Assembly: GCA_964528895.1 (NCBI GenBank)
Contig: CAZGTY010000005.1
Location: 245-64,244 of the forward strand
Length of the DNA: 64,000 bases
Source of the DNA: an uncultured Blautia sp.
GTDB taxonomy: Bacteria; Bacillota; Clostridia; Lachnospirales; Lachnospiraceae
Direction: 5' to 3'
The notes under the pieces are model-generated. The model made no database searches. It was not told where the DNA came from and was given only the letters and a program-made list of their open reading frames with translations. The translations under genes were made by a program, and so were the position numbers. The first letter of the stretch is position 1; the number at the start of each line of letters is the position of its first letter. This document shows, in pieces, positions 48,301-57,197 of the stretch.

Positions 48301-48922
48301 TTTCCGTTATTTCATAATACTCAGCGTCCCCGGCCTTCAGGGAAATATGCACGGGCTTTTTCAGCCCCATGCCGATGAGAAACTCCTCCAGATGCTGATA
48401 GGTGACCGCACCGCTGGAGAAGCCCGCATACATGGCTTTCTGCCGGTTATCCGCCTCCGTCATGATCGAGGGAAAGCTCTTCGCCCGAAAAAGATTATAC
48501 GCAGCCCCGAAATCATTTTTTGCGATTTTACAAAATTCCTCCAGATTCTTTACCTGACCATCGGATGTGCGGATCGCTTCCCGCTGCGCTTCAATCACAA
48601 AGGGAAGCTTGTATTCGCCGATATTTGTGGTAAAACAGAACCAGCCCGCGATCGAATCTCCGGGCTTCATTCCCACGCCGTTCGCCTCATAGCCCAGGCA
48701 GACAGCCGTCCCCTGAAAGTTAGCGGCTTCCGGCACGATCCGGCTGTCGGAGACTGTGACAAAGCCCCGGATGCTTCTGTTATTTCCGGCGCCCAGATAC
48801 ACCTCTCCCTTTTTTATCTCGCCTGCTTCCAGCGCGATCACAAGCTTTGCCGGAGAAAATACCAGCTCCGGCTGTTCATATTCAAATTTTCCGCCCAACA
48901 ATTGCTCAATTCTTTTCTTCAA
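45377..48922 (-). CDS. DUF5717-like large conserved protein (1181 aa)
   Basis: TTG start with RBS AAGGGG; beta-rich N-terminus, long helical middle, ITRLYEYY motif; ATGA overlap with the next gene. Confidence 0.75.
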   Translation of the reverse strand: MKKRIEQLLGGKFEYEQPELVFSPAKLVIALEAGEIKKGEVYLGAGNNRSIRGFVTVSDSRIVPEAANFQGTAVCLGYEANGVGMKPGDSIAGWFCFTTNIGEYKLPFVIEAQREAIRTSDGQVKNLEEFCKIAKNDFGAAYNLFRAKSFPSIMTEADNRQKAMYAGFSSGAVTYQHLEEFLIGMGLKKPVHISLKAGDAEYYEITENIQESFIIQRSGWGHLRLEIECRGEFLEVFQQTVTDDDFIGSACRVDYIVHSDRMGRGVHTGEIIVRSPYEEVVYHVLASKNPRAQVNVRMVEKRCRLDLYHKYLDYRSGRCTLENWADISIRAIHRLIQEGFDYTEYHLLEAYVLCQEGRIDAAKTILEKYRDRIFTVDELELAGAYLYLCVITGMFPDREQALARLRDFFIQKEDSFLLFYLNLRMDKAYEISPAQAVYQMKQQFDRGCIHPLLYQEAWDKISGDPSLLHRLGGFWAQVFYYAARRGLLTEDLLNRAAYLSSFEKSFNRTLYRALSMGYEKYPSDEVLEAICKYIIKDDPRKPEYFLWFSRAVEHGLRITRLYEYYVETMDTSYQQEMPKQLLMYFTYNDNTLAEGKKAYLYAGIVGRKEQEPEIYRSCRENIRAFAGKGLEQGRLDENYAVLYQEFFSEPEDMEEARAITDKLFTFRVYCDNSHIHQVIVRHSQMEQEEVYPCRRGIAYPRLYTPDAVILFQDDKQRRYTATVDYNITPLMDGRQLVPRLLKIGVEDPALLLHYCENNRIQVDNLEIFQKLSGAFGMTDAYRESVRRDILNYYASDACGEELDEYLKNMDYSEYAPVDLKTLLEVLISRRLFHQAAELAAKYGCEELEDSSFLKLTSRMIMERRQEEDAVLLAWASRAFRLGKYDETVLRYLMQYRNGPVEELISIWKSARGFDMDTYDLEEKILELLMFTCDYRKEGEQILEAYVEHSGKERIVGAYLTQISYGIFVKEYPMSAYVRQRLEYAYENKWPVNRICRMALFKNIVKQKDAKGRYYKMKEELLAECQRDGLVFSFFRKLPSRLLSPCQLDDKIFLEYHTNPVNTVTLYYALDTGLGGERSYKSEPLKNTFEGIFTKTFTMFYGESLHYYFVVQGPSGPKKTAERVITMNKVEGAPMSKYQLLNQIMAARRLGRSEEVQAKIKQYLRQEQYVKEMFVIEKESEK

Positions 48923-48999
48923 GTTTTTTCCCCTTATATTTATGCAAACAGGTTTTCTGCTTCCGTTATTCTAAGACGTACGATGCCTATGTTCTTTTT

Positions 49000-49028
49000 A
49001 TTATACAACACTCTACTTAACTTCGCAA
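49000..49028 (-). promoter_or_regulatory. Sigma-A promoter for the DUF5717-like operon
   Basis: TTGCGA-N17-TATAAT on the minus strand. Confidence 0.7.
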
Positions 49029-49071
49029 GAAACGGACAGGATTCGAGCTGCATTTCTGTTTCTGGGAAAAG

Positions 49072-49100
49072 CACGGGAAACCAGTCCTCAACATAAACTA
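49072..49100 (+). promoter_or_regulatory. Putative sigma-K/sigma-E-type promoter for sigK
   Basis: cAC-N17-CATAAACTA matches the Bacillus sigma-K consensus AC-N16/17-CATAnnnTA. Confidence 0.55.
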
Positions 49101-49127
49101 TAAAGAAATCCCCTTTGAGGTGCAGAT

Positions 49128-49748
49128 TTGAGGACTTTTTTAAAACCCCTGACTTTATCCGAGGAAAGATCCTATCTTCGGCGTTACCGCGAGGGTGATT
49201 CAGAGGCAAAGAATATTCTGATCGAGCGCAATCTGCGCCTTGTGGCCCATATTGTTAAAAAATATAAAAGTACCGACGAGGATCTGGATGATCTGATCTC
49301 TATCGGAACCATCGGGCTCATCAAAGCCATTTCCACCTTTGATTCCACAAAATCCACCCGTCTCTCCACCTATGCCGCCAGATGCATTGAAAATGAGCTT
49401 CTCATGATGCTCCGCTCTAAGAAAAAGTATTCACGTGAGGTGTCTCTCTATGAGCCCATCGGCACGGATAAAGAGGGCAATGAGATCAATCTTCTGGATA
49501 TTATTGAGAGCCCTCCTGTGGATGTGGTCGAGGATTATTCGGTAAAGGAGGATATACGGATTCTTCTCGGCTCCCTGAAGGAGGTTCTGTCTCCTAAAGA
49601 GTTCCAGGTGATCTGTCTGCGGTACGGCCTGTTTGATGAAGAAGAACAGACCCAGCGGGAGATTGCCGGAAGAATGAATATCAGCCGGTCCTATGTGTCC
49701 CGTATCGAGAAAAATGCCCTTTTGAAGCTCCGGACATTATTTTCCTGA
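49128..49748 (+). CDS. sigK: Sporulation sigma factor SigK (no pro-sequence, uninterrupted)
   Basis: TTG start with RBS GAGGTG; ERNLRLVAHIVKKY, DLISIGTIGLIKAI, ARCIENELLM, PIGTDKEGNEI, TQREIA, ISRSYVSRIEK. Confidence 0.9.
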   Translation: MRTFLKPLTLSEERSYLRRYREGDSEAKNILIERNLRLVAHIVKKYKSTDEDLDDLISIGTIGLIKAISTFDSTKSTRLSTYAARCIENELLMMLRSKKKYSREVSLYEPIGTDKEGNEINLLDIIESPPVDVVEDYSVKEDIRILLGSLKEVLSPKEFQVICLRYGLFDEEEQTQREIAGRMNISRSYVSRIEKNALLKLRTLFS

Positions 49749-49766
49749 TATTCTCATAACTCAAAT

Positions 49767-49796
49767 ACAGGCCCCTGCCATAAGGCAGAGGCCTGT
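49767..49796. terminator. Bidirectional terminator between sigK and the U32 gene
   Basis: ACAGGCCcCTGCC-ataa-GGCAGaGGCCTGT. Confidence 0.7.
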
Positions 49797-49806
49797 TTAC
49801 GTTTAT

Positions 49807-51039
49807 TCACAGCCCGCTTTCCTCCCGCCGGAGAAGATCATAAACTTCTGCATCTGCGTCCAGATCCACGTAAAGCCTCTGCCGGGGATGGGGCGCGCTC
49901 TCCATGGAGTTTCCGTCCCCGTCATAGATGGCCTTGACCGTGACCGCAATGTTTCTGCCATCCGGCTTCATGATCTCGATGATCTCCCCCACCGAAAACT
50001 TATTTCTCTGTGTGATCTGCACAAAGCCCCTCCCATCAACAGCCTCCACAAAGCCCAGATACGTGGCCTCTCTTGCATAGGTGTTGTTGTCGTAAATCTG
50101 CGTGGTCTCATCGGGCTTTCCATAGAAAAACCCTGTGGTAAACTGCCGGTAGGTGCAGCTCATGATCTGCTGCTGATACCACTCCATATTATCCTGATAT
50201 TTCCCGGGGCTTTCCAGATAATCATCGATGGCCTTTCTGTATGTGCGGGCAACGGTGGCCACATAGAGGGCATTTTTCATCCGCCCTTCGATCTTTAAGC
50301 TGTCCACGCCGCTTTCCAGCATATCCCCCATATGCTCCACCATACAGAGATCCTTGGAATTAAAGATATAAGTCCCACGCTCATTTTCAAATACCGGCAT
50401 GTATTCCCCCGGCCTGGTTTCCTCCACGATGGAATACTTCCAGCGGCAGGGATGAGTACATGCGCCCTGATTGGCGTCCCGGCCCACAAGATAATTGCTG
50501 AGAAGACATCTTCCGGAATAGGAAATGCACATGGCGCCATGAACAAAGGTCTCTATTTCCATATCTTCCGGAATGTTTGCCCGGATCTGCCGTATTTCTT
50601 TAAGGGACAGCTCCCTCGCCGTAACTGCTCTTTTTGCCCCCAAAGCATACCAGAAACGGAACGTCTCATAATTAGTATTATTTGCCTGAGTGCTGATATG
50701 ACGCTCGATCTCCGGACAGATTTCCTTCGCACAGGTAAAAATGCCGGGGTCCGCAATGATCAGACCGTCCGGCTTTAATTCCCTTAATTCTCCCAAATAT
50801 TCCTTCACGCCCTCCAGATCATAATTATGGGCCAGAATATTCACGGTAACATAGACCTTTACACCATGCGCGTGAGCAAAAGCGAGCCCCTCCGCCATAT
50901 CCTCACGGGAAAAATTCTTCGCCTTTGCCCGAAGCCCGAAGGCCTCGCCGCCAATATAAACCGCATCCGCTCCGAACTTCACTGCGATCTTCAATACCTC
51001 CAGGCTGCTGGCAGGTACCAGTAATTCCGGCTTTTTCAT
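49807..51039 (-). CDS. Peptidase U32 family (TrhP-like tRNA hydroxylation protein)
   Basis: PELLVPA, HGAMCISYSGRCLLS, GACTHPCRW, SLKIEGRMK. Confidence 0.92.
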   Translation of the reverse strand: MKKPELLVPASSLEVLKIAVKFGADAVYIGGEAFGLRAKAKNFSREDMAEGLAFAHAHGVKVYVTVNILAHNYDLEGVKEYLGELRELKPDGLIIADPGIFTCAKEICPEIERHISTQANNTNYETFRFWYALGAKRAVTARELSLKEIRQIRANIPEDMEIETFVHGAMCISYSGRCLLSNYLVGRDANQGACTHPCRWKYSIVEETRPGEYMPVFENERGTYIFNSKDLCMVEHMGDMLESGVDSLKIEGRMKNALYVATVARTYRKAIDDYLESPGKYQDNMEWYQQQIMSCTYRQFTTGFFYGKPDETTQIYDNNTYAREATYLGFVEAVDGRGFVQITQRNKFSVGEIIEIMKPDGRNIAVTVKAIYDGDGNSMESAPHPRQRLYVDLDADAEVYDLLRREESGL

Positions 51040-51072
51040 GGTCTCCTCCTGTTTCCCCTGTCTCTCCTGTTT

Positions 51073-51714
51073 TCAGATTTTCACGCTGAGAGCAGCGCCA
51101 TCCCCCAGCGGCAGAATAGATGTGCGCAGCTTGGGATGATGCTTCAGCTCATAAAGATATTCCCGCATCCGCTTATAAATCGTTCGGTTCCGCCGCTCCA
51201 CAAGATAATGGGATTCTATAATATCCCCTTCCTGAAGTACATTGTCCGACACGAGCACGCTGCCGGGCTTCATCAGCCGGAGAACATCCGGCAGCCAATG
51301 GATATACTGCCCCTTTGCAGCATCCATGAAAATCAGATCAAAGGGCCCGTTCAGGGCCTTCAAAAACTCTCCCGCATCTCCTTCCAGCAGCGTGATCTGC
51401 CGCTCACGCCCCGCCCTTTTAAAATTCTCCTTAGCCGCAGCGATCCGTTTCGGATAGCTTTCAATGGTCGTAATATGGGCTGCCGGAGAACCATACTCAC
51501 ACATAAGAAGTGTGGAGAAGCCTACGGCTGTCCCCACCTCCAGAATCTGCTCCGGCTGCTTCATAGCCAAAAGCGCCTTTATAAAGCTCTGCATTTCCCT
51601 GCGGATAATCGGCACGGAATCCTCCAGGGCCGACTGCTCCAATTCCTCCAGAAAGGGGGTGTTCCCCCTGTCCAGAGAATTGATATATGTTCTCATTCGT
51701 TCATCAATGATCAC
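51073..51714 (-). CDS. O-methyltransferase (YrrM/TrmR-like)
   Basis: VPIIR, ILEVGTAVGFS, FMDAAKGQY, SDNVL. Confidence 0.9.
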   Translation of the reverse strand: MIIDERMRTYINSLDRGNTPFLEELEQSALEDSVPIIRREMQSFIKALLAMKQPEQILEVGTAVGFSTLLMCEYGSPAAHITTIESYPKRIAAAKENFKRAGRERQITLLEGDAGEFLKALNGPFDLIFMDAAKGQYIHWLPDVLRLMKPGSVLVSDNVLQEGDIIESHYLVERRNRTIYKRMREYLYELKHHPKLRTSILPLGDGAALSVKI

Positions 51715-52112
51715 GAGGATACTCCCTCCTGGTCCGCATCGCCGGCCAGTATCCCCATGATTCTGGTAGGCGTATAGGCGGTACTCAAAAGATATGTTCC
51801 CGGCTTTAGCTGCCCTTTATAATTAGAAAGCTTCTCCTGGACATAGAACACCCTTGCATCCTTGATCAGCCCCTTACTTTCCAGTATCTTTGCAATATCA
51901 TAAACCGACGCGCCGTCCTGGATCACCACCGTGATCTCCTGACCCTCGCCCGGGCTCATGGCCTGCTGATTAAATACATCATAACCAAACTGATAGGTGG
52001 TTTTGCCGATCCAGAAAATCAGAATGATCACGCAGACATAAAGAGCTATCCTGAAAAATCCGCCGGCCACAACCACGCCGGCCGCTCCCACCCGTTCTCT
52101 TGTATTTCCCAT
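51711..52112 (-). CDS. Short MltG/YceG N-terminal-like protein lacking the catalytic domain
   Basis: TM then GASVYDIAKILESKGLI...LKPGTYLL; occupies the mltG position upstream of the methyltransferase and U32 genes. Confidence 0.75.
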   Translation of the reverse strand: MGNTRERVGAAGVVVAGGFFRIALYVCVIILIFWIGKTTYQFGYDVFNQQAMSPGEGQEITVVIQDGASVYDIAKILESKGLIKDARVFYVQEKLSNYKGQLKPGTYLLSTAYTPTRIMGILAGDADQEGVSS

Positions 52113-52163
52113 AACTGTCTCCCTTCAGATATCCCTGAGTATCAGCCTCCCGAATGCCTCCCA

Positions 52164-52502
52164 TCAAAGCTCCGGGACATGCATATCGATTCCTTCCACA
52201 ATGTCCTTTGCCACAGACTGCAAAAGCTTGCACATGGCCAACTCCGCATCCAGATAGGCATTTACTTCGGGAACATGGCGAAGCTCCGCAGATTCCTGTC
52301 TTATCTGCTCGAGCGTCTCTAACAATTTATCCCGGGATCCCTCCTCCTGAAGCTGGAAATTATGTGCGCGAAACTGATCCACCCGCTCCATAAGCCCCGC
52401 ATTCTCCAAAAGGATCTTTTCCTGTTTTTTATACTCATTGTACACATCGCTCTGTTTAATCGCAGATATAAGCGCCCGTATGTTAAAATTAATGGTGTCC
52501 AT
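52164..52502 (-). CDS. YlbF/YmcA-family regulator
   Basis: AIKQSDVYNEY...VNAYLDAE helical pattern. Confidence 0.75.
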   Translation of the reverse strand: MDTINFNIRALISAIKQSDVYNEYKKQEKILLENAGLMERVDQFRAHNFQLQEEGSRDKLLETLEQIRQESAELRHVPEVNAYLDAELAMCKLLQSVAKDIVEGIDMHVPEL

Positions 52503-54335
52503 TTATGCCTCCATAATAATGGGGAGTATCATTGGTTTTCTCTTGGTGCGTTTCCAGAGGAAATCGCTCAGCGCGTCTTTTACTACGGTCTTGATCCTGC
52601 CCCAGTCAGAGACATTTTTTTCCAGGCAGGAATCCAGCGCGCCCTCTACCACTTCCCGGGCTTCATCCATAAGGTCCTCCGACTCCCGGACATAGACAAA
52701 TCCCCTGGAAACAATATCCGGCCCCGCAAGGACCACATTGCTGTGGCGCTCAAGTGTCATGACCACGATCATGATTCCGTCTTCTGCCAGGTGCTGCCGG
52801 TCACGGAGAACAATATTCCCCACATCGCCGACGCCGAGGCCATCCACCAGAATGCCTCCCGTCTGCACATGGCCGGTGATTTCCGCGCCCTGTGCGTCCA
52901 GCTCAAGTACATTTCCGGAAGAAAGGATAAAGATATTCTCCTTCGCGATTCCCAGATCCTCCACGATCCTCTTCTGCGCCGTCAGGTGACGGTACTCTCC
53001 ATGGACAGGGATCGCATAGCGGGGACGCACCAGAGAATAGATCAGCTTGATCTCCTCCTGGCAGGCATGTCCGGACACATGCGCATCCTGGAAAATAACC
53101 TTCGCCCCTTTCATCGACAGCTCATTGATAACCTTGGACACCGCTTTTTCATTTCCGGGTATGGGATTGGAGCTGAAAATAATGGTATCGTTCGGCTTGA
53201 TCGTAATCTTTTTATGGATATTCGCCGCCATACGGGACAGGGCTGCCATGGATTCTCCCTGGCTTCCTGTGGTGATCAGCGTCATCTGCTCATCCGGATA
53301 GTTCTTCACCTGATCGATCTCAATCAGAGTATTTTCCGGGATCCGCAAATATCCCAGCTCAGACGCCGTAGTGATCACATTGACCATACTGCGGCCCTCC
53401 ACAGCGACCTTTCTTCCAAATCGGTACGCGGAATTTATGATCTGCTGCACACGGTCCACATTGGACGCAAAGGTGGCAATGATGATCCTGCTGTTCTTAT
53501 ACTCATTAAACAGATTATCAAACACCTTCCCAACTGTGCGCTCGGACATGGTAAAGCCCGGACGCTCCGCATTGGTGCTGTCGCACATCAGGGCCAGAAC
53601 ACCCTTTTTGCCGATCTCGGCAAACCGCTGCAGATCTATGGCGTCGCCGAATACCGGCGTATAGTCCACCTTAAAGTCTCCCGTATGCACCACGATTCCC
53701 GCAGGGGAATAGATGGCAAGTGCAGAGGCGTCCTGGATACTGTGATTCGTCTTGATAAACTCTATGGAAAAATCTCCCAGATTGATGACCTGTCCATGCC
53801 GCACTTCCTTCATTTTCGTGGAACGGACCAGATTATGCTCCTTCAGCTTATTTGTGATCAGTCCCAGCGTGAGCTTCGTAGAATATATAGGAACGTTTAC
53901 CTCCCTCAGCACATAGGGCAGTGCGCCGATATGATCCTCATGTCCATGAGTGATCACAAATCCCTTTACCTTTGAGATATTTTCCTTCAAATAGGTCACA
54001 TCCGGGATCACCAAGTCGATACCCAGCATATCATCCTCCGGAAAGGACAGGCCGCAGTCTACTACCACTATACTATTTTCGTATTCAAAAGCTGTAATAT
54101 TCATTCCGATCTGCTCGAGACCACCCAGCGGAATGATCTTTAACCTTGAAGCTGATCTCCGGCTGCGCCGTGCGGTCGGCTTCATCTGGCTTTTTACAGA
54201 TGGCTTCGCAGCGCTCTCCGGTAATTTCATCACCGGCTTCTGCTGGCCTCTGGAACGGTTATTTTTCAGTCTGGTCATCTGCTTTCTGGCGTTTCCGCCA
54301 GTCATATTCTTTTTATTATAATTATCGTTTTTCAA
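52503..54335 (-). CDS. rnj: Ribonuclease J
   Basis: IPLGGLEQIGMN, THGHEDHIG, HTGDFK, TGSQGE, HVSGHA, PVHGEYRH; basic N-terminal extension. Confidence 0.96.
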   Translation of the reverse strand: MKNDNYNKKNMTGGNARKQMTRLKNNRSRGQQKPVMKLPESAAKPSVKSQMKPTARRSRRSASRLKIIPLGGLEQIGMNITAFEYENSIVVVDCGLSFPEDDMLGIDLVIPDVTYLKENISKVKGFVITHGHEDHIGALPYVLREVNVPIYSTKLTLGLITNKLKEHNLVRSTKMKEVRHGQVINLGDFSIEFIKTNHSIQDASALAIYSPAGIVVHTGDFKVDYTPVFGDAIDLQRFAEIGKKGVLALMCDSTNAERPGFTMSERTVGKVFDNLFNEYKNSRIIIATFASNVDRVQQIINSAYRFGRKVAVEGRSMVNVITTASELGYLRIPENTLIEIDQVKNYPDEQMTLITTGSQGESMAALSRMAANIHKKITIKPNDTIIFSSNPIPGNEKAVSKVINELSMKGAKVIFQDAHVSGHACQEEIKLIYSLVRPRYAIPVHGEYRHLTAQKRIVEDLGIAKENIFILSSGNVLELDAQGAEITGHVQTGGILVDGLGVGDVGNIVLRDRQHLAEDGIMIVVMTLERHSNVVLAGPDIVSRGFVYVRESEDLMDEAREVVEGALDSCLEKNVSDWGRIKTVVKDALSDFLWKRTKRKPMILPIIMEA

Positions 54336-54352
54336 ATAATTTACACCTCAAT

Positions 54353-54610
54353 TCACATTTCTAATTTTACATCTTCCAACATTTGTTCAAATATCCTAAA
54401 CACTTCCGAAAGCTCCTCGTCATTCTCCACCATTTCATAGCAGGCTTCCGGGCTTTCGCTCTCGGACACATCCTTCATAATATAGGCAGCCGCCTCATCG
54501 TCCATGGAATCAGACACAAGAAGATAACTGACCCCGCCTATCGTAGTCTGCTCCTCCACGTAAAATTCCTCGATCGTTCCATCCTCTGACTGAAATTTGA
54601 TTTTTTCCAT
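54353..54610 (-). CDS. DUF1292-like small acidic protein
   Basis: Size, acidity and position after the YqgF gene. Confidence 0.75.
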   Translation of the reverse strand: MEKIKFQSEDGTIEEFYVEEQTTIGGVSYLLVSDSMDDEAAAYIMKDVSESESPEACYEMVENDEELSEVFRIFEQMLEDVKLEM

Positions 54611-54621
54611 TTTGTACTTCC

Positions 54622-55047
54622 TTATCCATTACTCAGGGAATCCAGATATCCCTGCAAAATAAAAACCGCCGCAAGCTCATCCAGATATTGCTTCCGGTTC
54701 TCTCTCCGTACATTTGCTTCCATCAGGGTACGGTTTGCCTCCACCGTAGTCAGCCGTTCATCCCACATAACAACAGGCAGGCCAGTTCTCCTCTCCAGCA
54801 TTTCCTTAAACTCCAGAGATTTCTGTGCCCGCTCTCCAACAGTGTTATTCATATTTTTCGGATATCCCAGCACGATCCGTTCTGCCTGATACTCCGAAAT
54901 CAGTTCTTCTATCCGCGCCAGTGTCCGGCGCAGCTTATTTTCCTGATTACGCCGGATAGTCTCCACTCCCTGGGCAGTCAGCCCCAGAGGATCACTCACA
55001 GCCACTCCTACTGTTTTAGAGCCATAATCCAGTCCTATGATCCGCAT
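54622..55047 (-). CDS. ruvX: YqgF/RuvX pre-16S rRNA nuclease
   Basis: [32 protein letters not shown]. Confidence 0.94.
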   Translation of the reverse strand: MRIIGLDYGSKTVGVAVSDPLGLTAQGVETIRRNQENKLRRTLARIEELISEYQAERIVLGYPKNMNNTVGERAQKSLEFKEMLERRTGLPVVMWDERLTTVEANRTLMEANVRRENRKQYLDELAAVFILQGYLDSLSNG

Positions 55048-55049
55048 TT

Positions 55050-55322
55050 TCAGCGCTCCCAGGATTTGTTTTTAATGTATTCGTTCAGAAGCTCTTCCAC
55101 CAGCTCATCCCGCTCAACCTTCATGATCATGCTTCTGGCGCCCTTATGGCTGGTAATATAAGTAGGATCTCCGGACATAATATAGCCTACGATCTGATTT
55201 ACAGGATTGTAGCCCTTTTCGTCCATCGCCGTATACACTAAATCCAGAACCTGCTTAACCTCCAGCTCCTGCTCCGGCTTCGTCTTAAAATACTGTGTAC
55301 TTCCCAGATTATTTTCTGTCAT
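55050..55322 (-). CDS. IreB/ReoM (UPF0297) regulatory phosphoprotein
   Basis: [34 protein letters not shown]. Confidence 0.93.
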   Translation of the reverse strand: MTENNLGSTQYFKTKPEQELEVKQVLDLVYTAMDEKGYNPVNQIVGYIMSGDPTYITSHKGARSMIMKVERDELVEELLNEYIKNKSWER

Positions 55323-55354
55323 TCTTCTCACGTCCTTACGATTATTCCTATTTT

Positions 55355-55383
55355 ATTCTAATATAATTCCATGTAAAATACAA
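55355..55383 (-). promoter_or_regulatory. Sigma-A promoter for the IreB-ruvX operon
   Basis: TTGTAT-N17-TAGAAT. Confidence 0.6.
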
Positions 55384-55397
55384 TGAAAAAGTTTCTT

Positions 55398-56717
55398 TTA
55401 CCTCAATTCACCCAATAAAAGATGATCCTGAAGAAAGGCTTTTGCCGTAACAGTCACGAGATTGTTCACATGAAGGGCGTTCTGCCCTTCCACAGCCACT
55501 TTTATATATTCCCGGCTGTGGCCCGTAAAATATTTATTCCCGCCGATCTCCGTCTCCTCCTCCAGAAGTATTTCCAGAGGTTTGTTCAAAAAACCCTTCT
55601 CATATTCTCCGGCCCGCAGATCATGCAGCGCCAGCATCTCATCACTTCGGGCCGCTTTCACGGCTTCGGTGATCTGCCCCGGCATTTCGGCCGCCTTAGT
55701 TCCCTGACGTCTGGAATATTTAAAAATATGCGTCTCGTAAAAATGGATGCTCTTCACAAATTCGCAGGACTCCCGGAATTCTTCCCCGCTCTCCATGGGA
55801 AAGCCCACGATGACGTCTGTGGTGAGGGCCGGATTTTCATAATATTTCCTCAATATGGCGCACTTTTCCCTGTATTCCTCCGCACTGTAGCAGCGCTTCA
55901 TCCGCCGGAGAGTGGCGTCACAGCCGCTCTGGAGAGAGAGATGAAAATGTGGACATACCTTCGGAAGATCTGCCATGGCTTTCGCGAATTCTTCCGTGAT
56001 AATGCCCGGTTCCAGAGATCCCAGACGGATCCTGGATATCCCCTCCACCTGATGGACCGCCCGGATCAGCGTGAGCAGCGTTTCTTTTTTTTCTTTAAAA
56101 TCCACGCCATAGGAGCTGAGATGAATACCTGTGAGCACCACCTCCCTGTAGCCCCGCTCCGCCAGGGAGCGAACCTCCTGAAGCACGTCCTCCGGCTGCC
56201 TGCTCCGCGCCCTGCCCCTGGCATAGGGTATGATGCAGTAGGTGCAAAACTGATTGCAGCCATCCTGCACCTTAATACAGGCCCGCACATGCGCCGCCGT
56301 GCGCCGGATCGAAAGGCTCTCGTATTCCTTTGTCTGATTGATCCTGATCACATGTGGCGAACGGCTCTTTTCTCCCTCATAGTCCTCAAGTATCCGTACG
56401 ATATTTTTTTTCCGGTTATTCCCCAGAATGATATCCACTGCACCGTCCCGCATCAGTTTTTCTGTATCCATCTGTGCGTAGCACCCTGCTGCGATCACCA
56501 CTGCTTCCGGATTCATTTTTTTTGCCCTGTGAAGCATCTGCCTGGACTTCCGGTCCGCTATATTGGTGACTGTACACGTGTTGATCAGATATACGTCCGC
56601 CCCCTCTTCAAAGGGCACGATCTCATAGCCGGCCTGTTCCAGAAGCTGCTGCATAGCTTCTGTTTCATAGGCATTCACTTTACAACCCAGATTATGAAGG
56701 GCAACTTTTTTTTTCAT
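55398..56717 (-). CDS. mtaB: tRNA methylthiotransferase MtaB
   Basis: LGCKVNAYE, NTCTVT, radical-SAM CNQFCTYC. Confidence 0.94.
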   Translation of the reverse strand: MKKKVALHNLGCKVNAYETEAMQQLLEQAGYEIVPFEEGADVYLINTCTVTNIADRKSRQMLHRAKKMNPEAVVIAAGCYAQMDTEKLMRDGAVDIILGNNRKKNIVRILEDYEGEKSRSPHVIRINQTKEYESLSIRRTAAHVRACIKVQDGCNQFCTYCIIPYARGRARSRQPEDVLQEVRSLAERGYREVVLTGIHLSSYGVDFKEKKETLLTLIRAVHQVEGISRIRLGSLEPGIITEEFAKAMADLPKVCPHFHLSLQSGCDATLRRMKRCYSAEEYREKCAILRKYYENPALTTDVIVGFPMESGEEFRESCEFVKSIHFYETHIFKYSRRQGTKAAEMPGQITEAVKAARSDEMLALHDLRAGEYEKGFLNKPLEILLEEETEIGGNKYFTGHSREYIKVAVEGQNALHVNNLVTVTAKAFLQDHLLLGELR

Positions 56718-56779
56718 GTATACCTCTTCCCGTTTTAATATTTCACAAAATTTTAGTTCGATTTTTATAACATTTTACC

Positions 56780-56808
56780 TTGACTTTTCATAGGGGTGCA
56801 GTTAAGAT
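56780..56808 (+). promoter_or_regulatory. Sigma-A promoter for the HPr-like gene
   Basis: TTGACT-N17-TAAGAT. Confidence 0.65.
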
Positions 56809-56849
56809 GAAGCTGTAAGGAAACAAAACTCTAAGGAGGGGACTATAAA

Positions 56850-57086
56850 ATGAAAACAGCGAGGATTTCACTTAACTCTATTGATAAGGTAAAAGCATTT
56901 GTGAATGAAATCAGTAAATTCGACTGTGATTTTGACCTTGTATCCGGCAGATATGTCATCGACGCCAAATCCATCATGGGTATCTTCAGTCTGGATTTAT
57001 CCAAGACCATAGATCTGAACATTCACGCAGAAGGAGCTGTCCTGGAATCCATTTTAAAGGTCATCGAACCATACGTAGTAGAGTAA
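56850..57086 (+). CDS. HPr-family protein lacking the His15 motif
   Basis: IDAKSIMGIFSL (Ser46 motif) present, GLHARP absent; RBS AAGGAGG. Confidence 0.88.
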   Translation: MKTARISLNSIDKVKAFVNEISKFDCDFDLVSGRYVIDAKSIMGIFSLDLSKTIDLNIHAEGAVLESILKVIEPYVVE

Positions 57087-57101
57087 TTCACGCAATCTCC
57101 G

Positions 57102-57129
57102 GAGGAACTGCCTGCAGTTCCTCTTTTTT
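57102..57129 (+). terminator. Intrinsic terminator
   Basis: GAGGAACTGC-ct-GCAGTTCCTC followed by TTTTTT. Confidence 0.75.
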
Positions 57130-57197
57130 ATGCCGATCCGCCCATGTCCGCCATGTTGAGGGAGGCGGCCGACGGACAGCCGCATGTTCTTCCGGCT

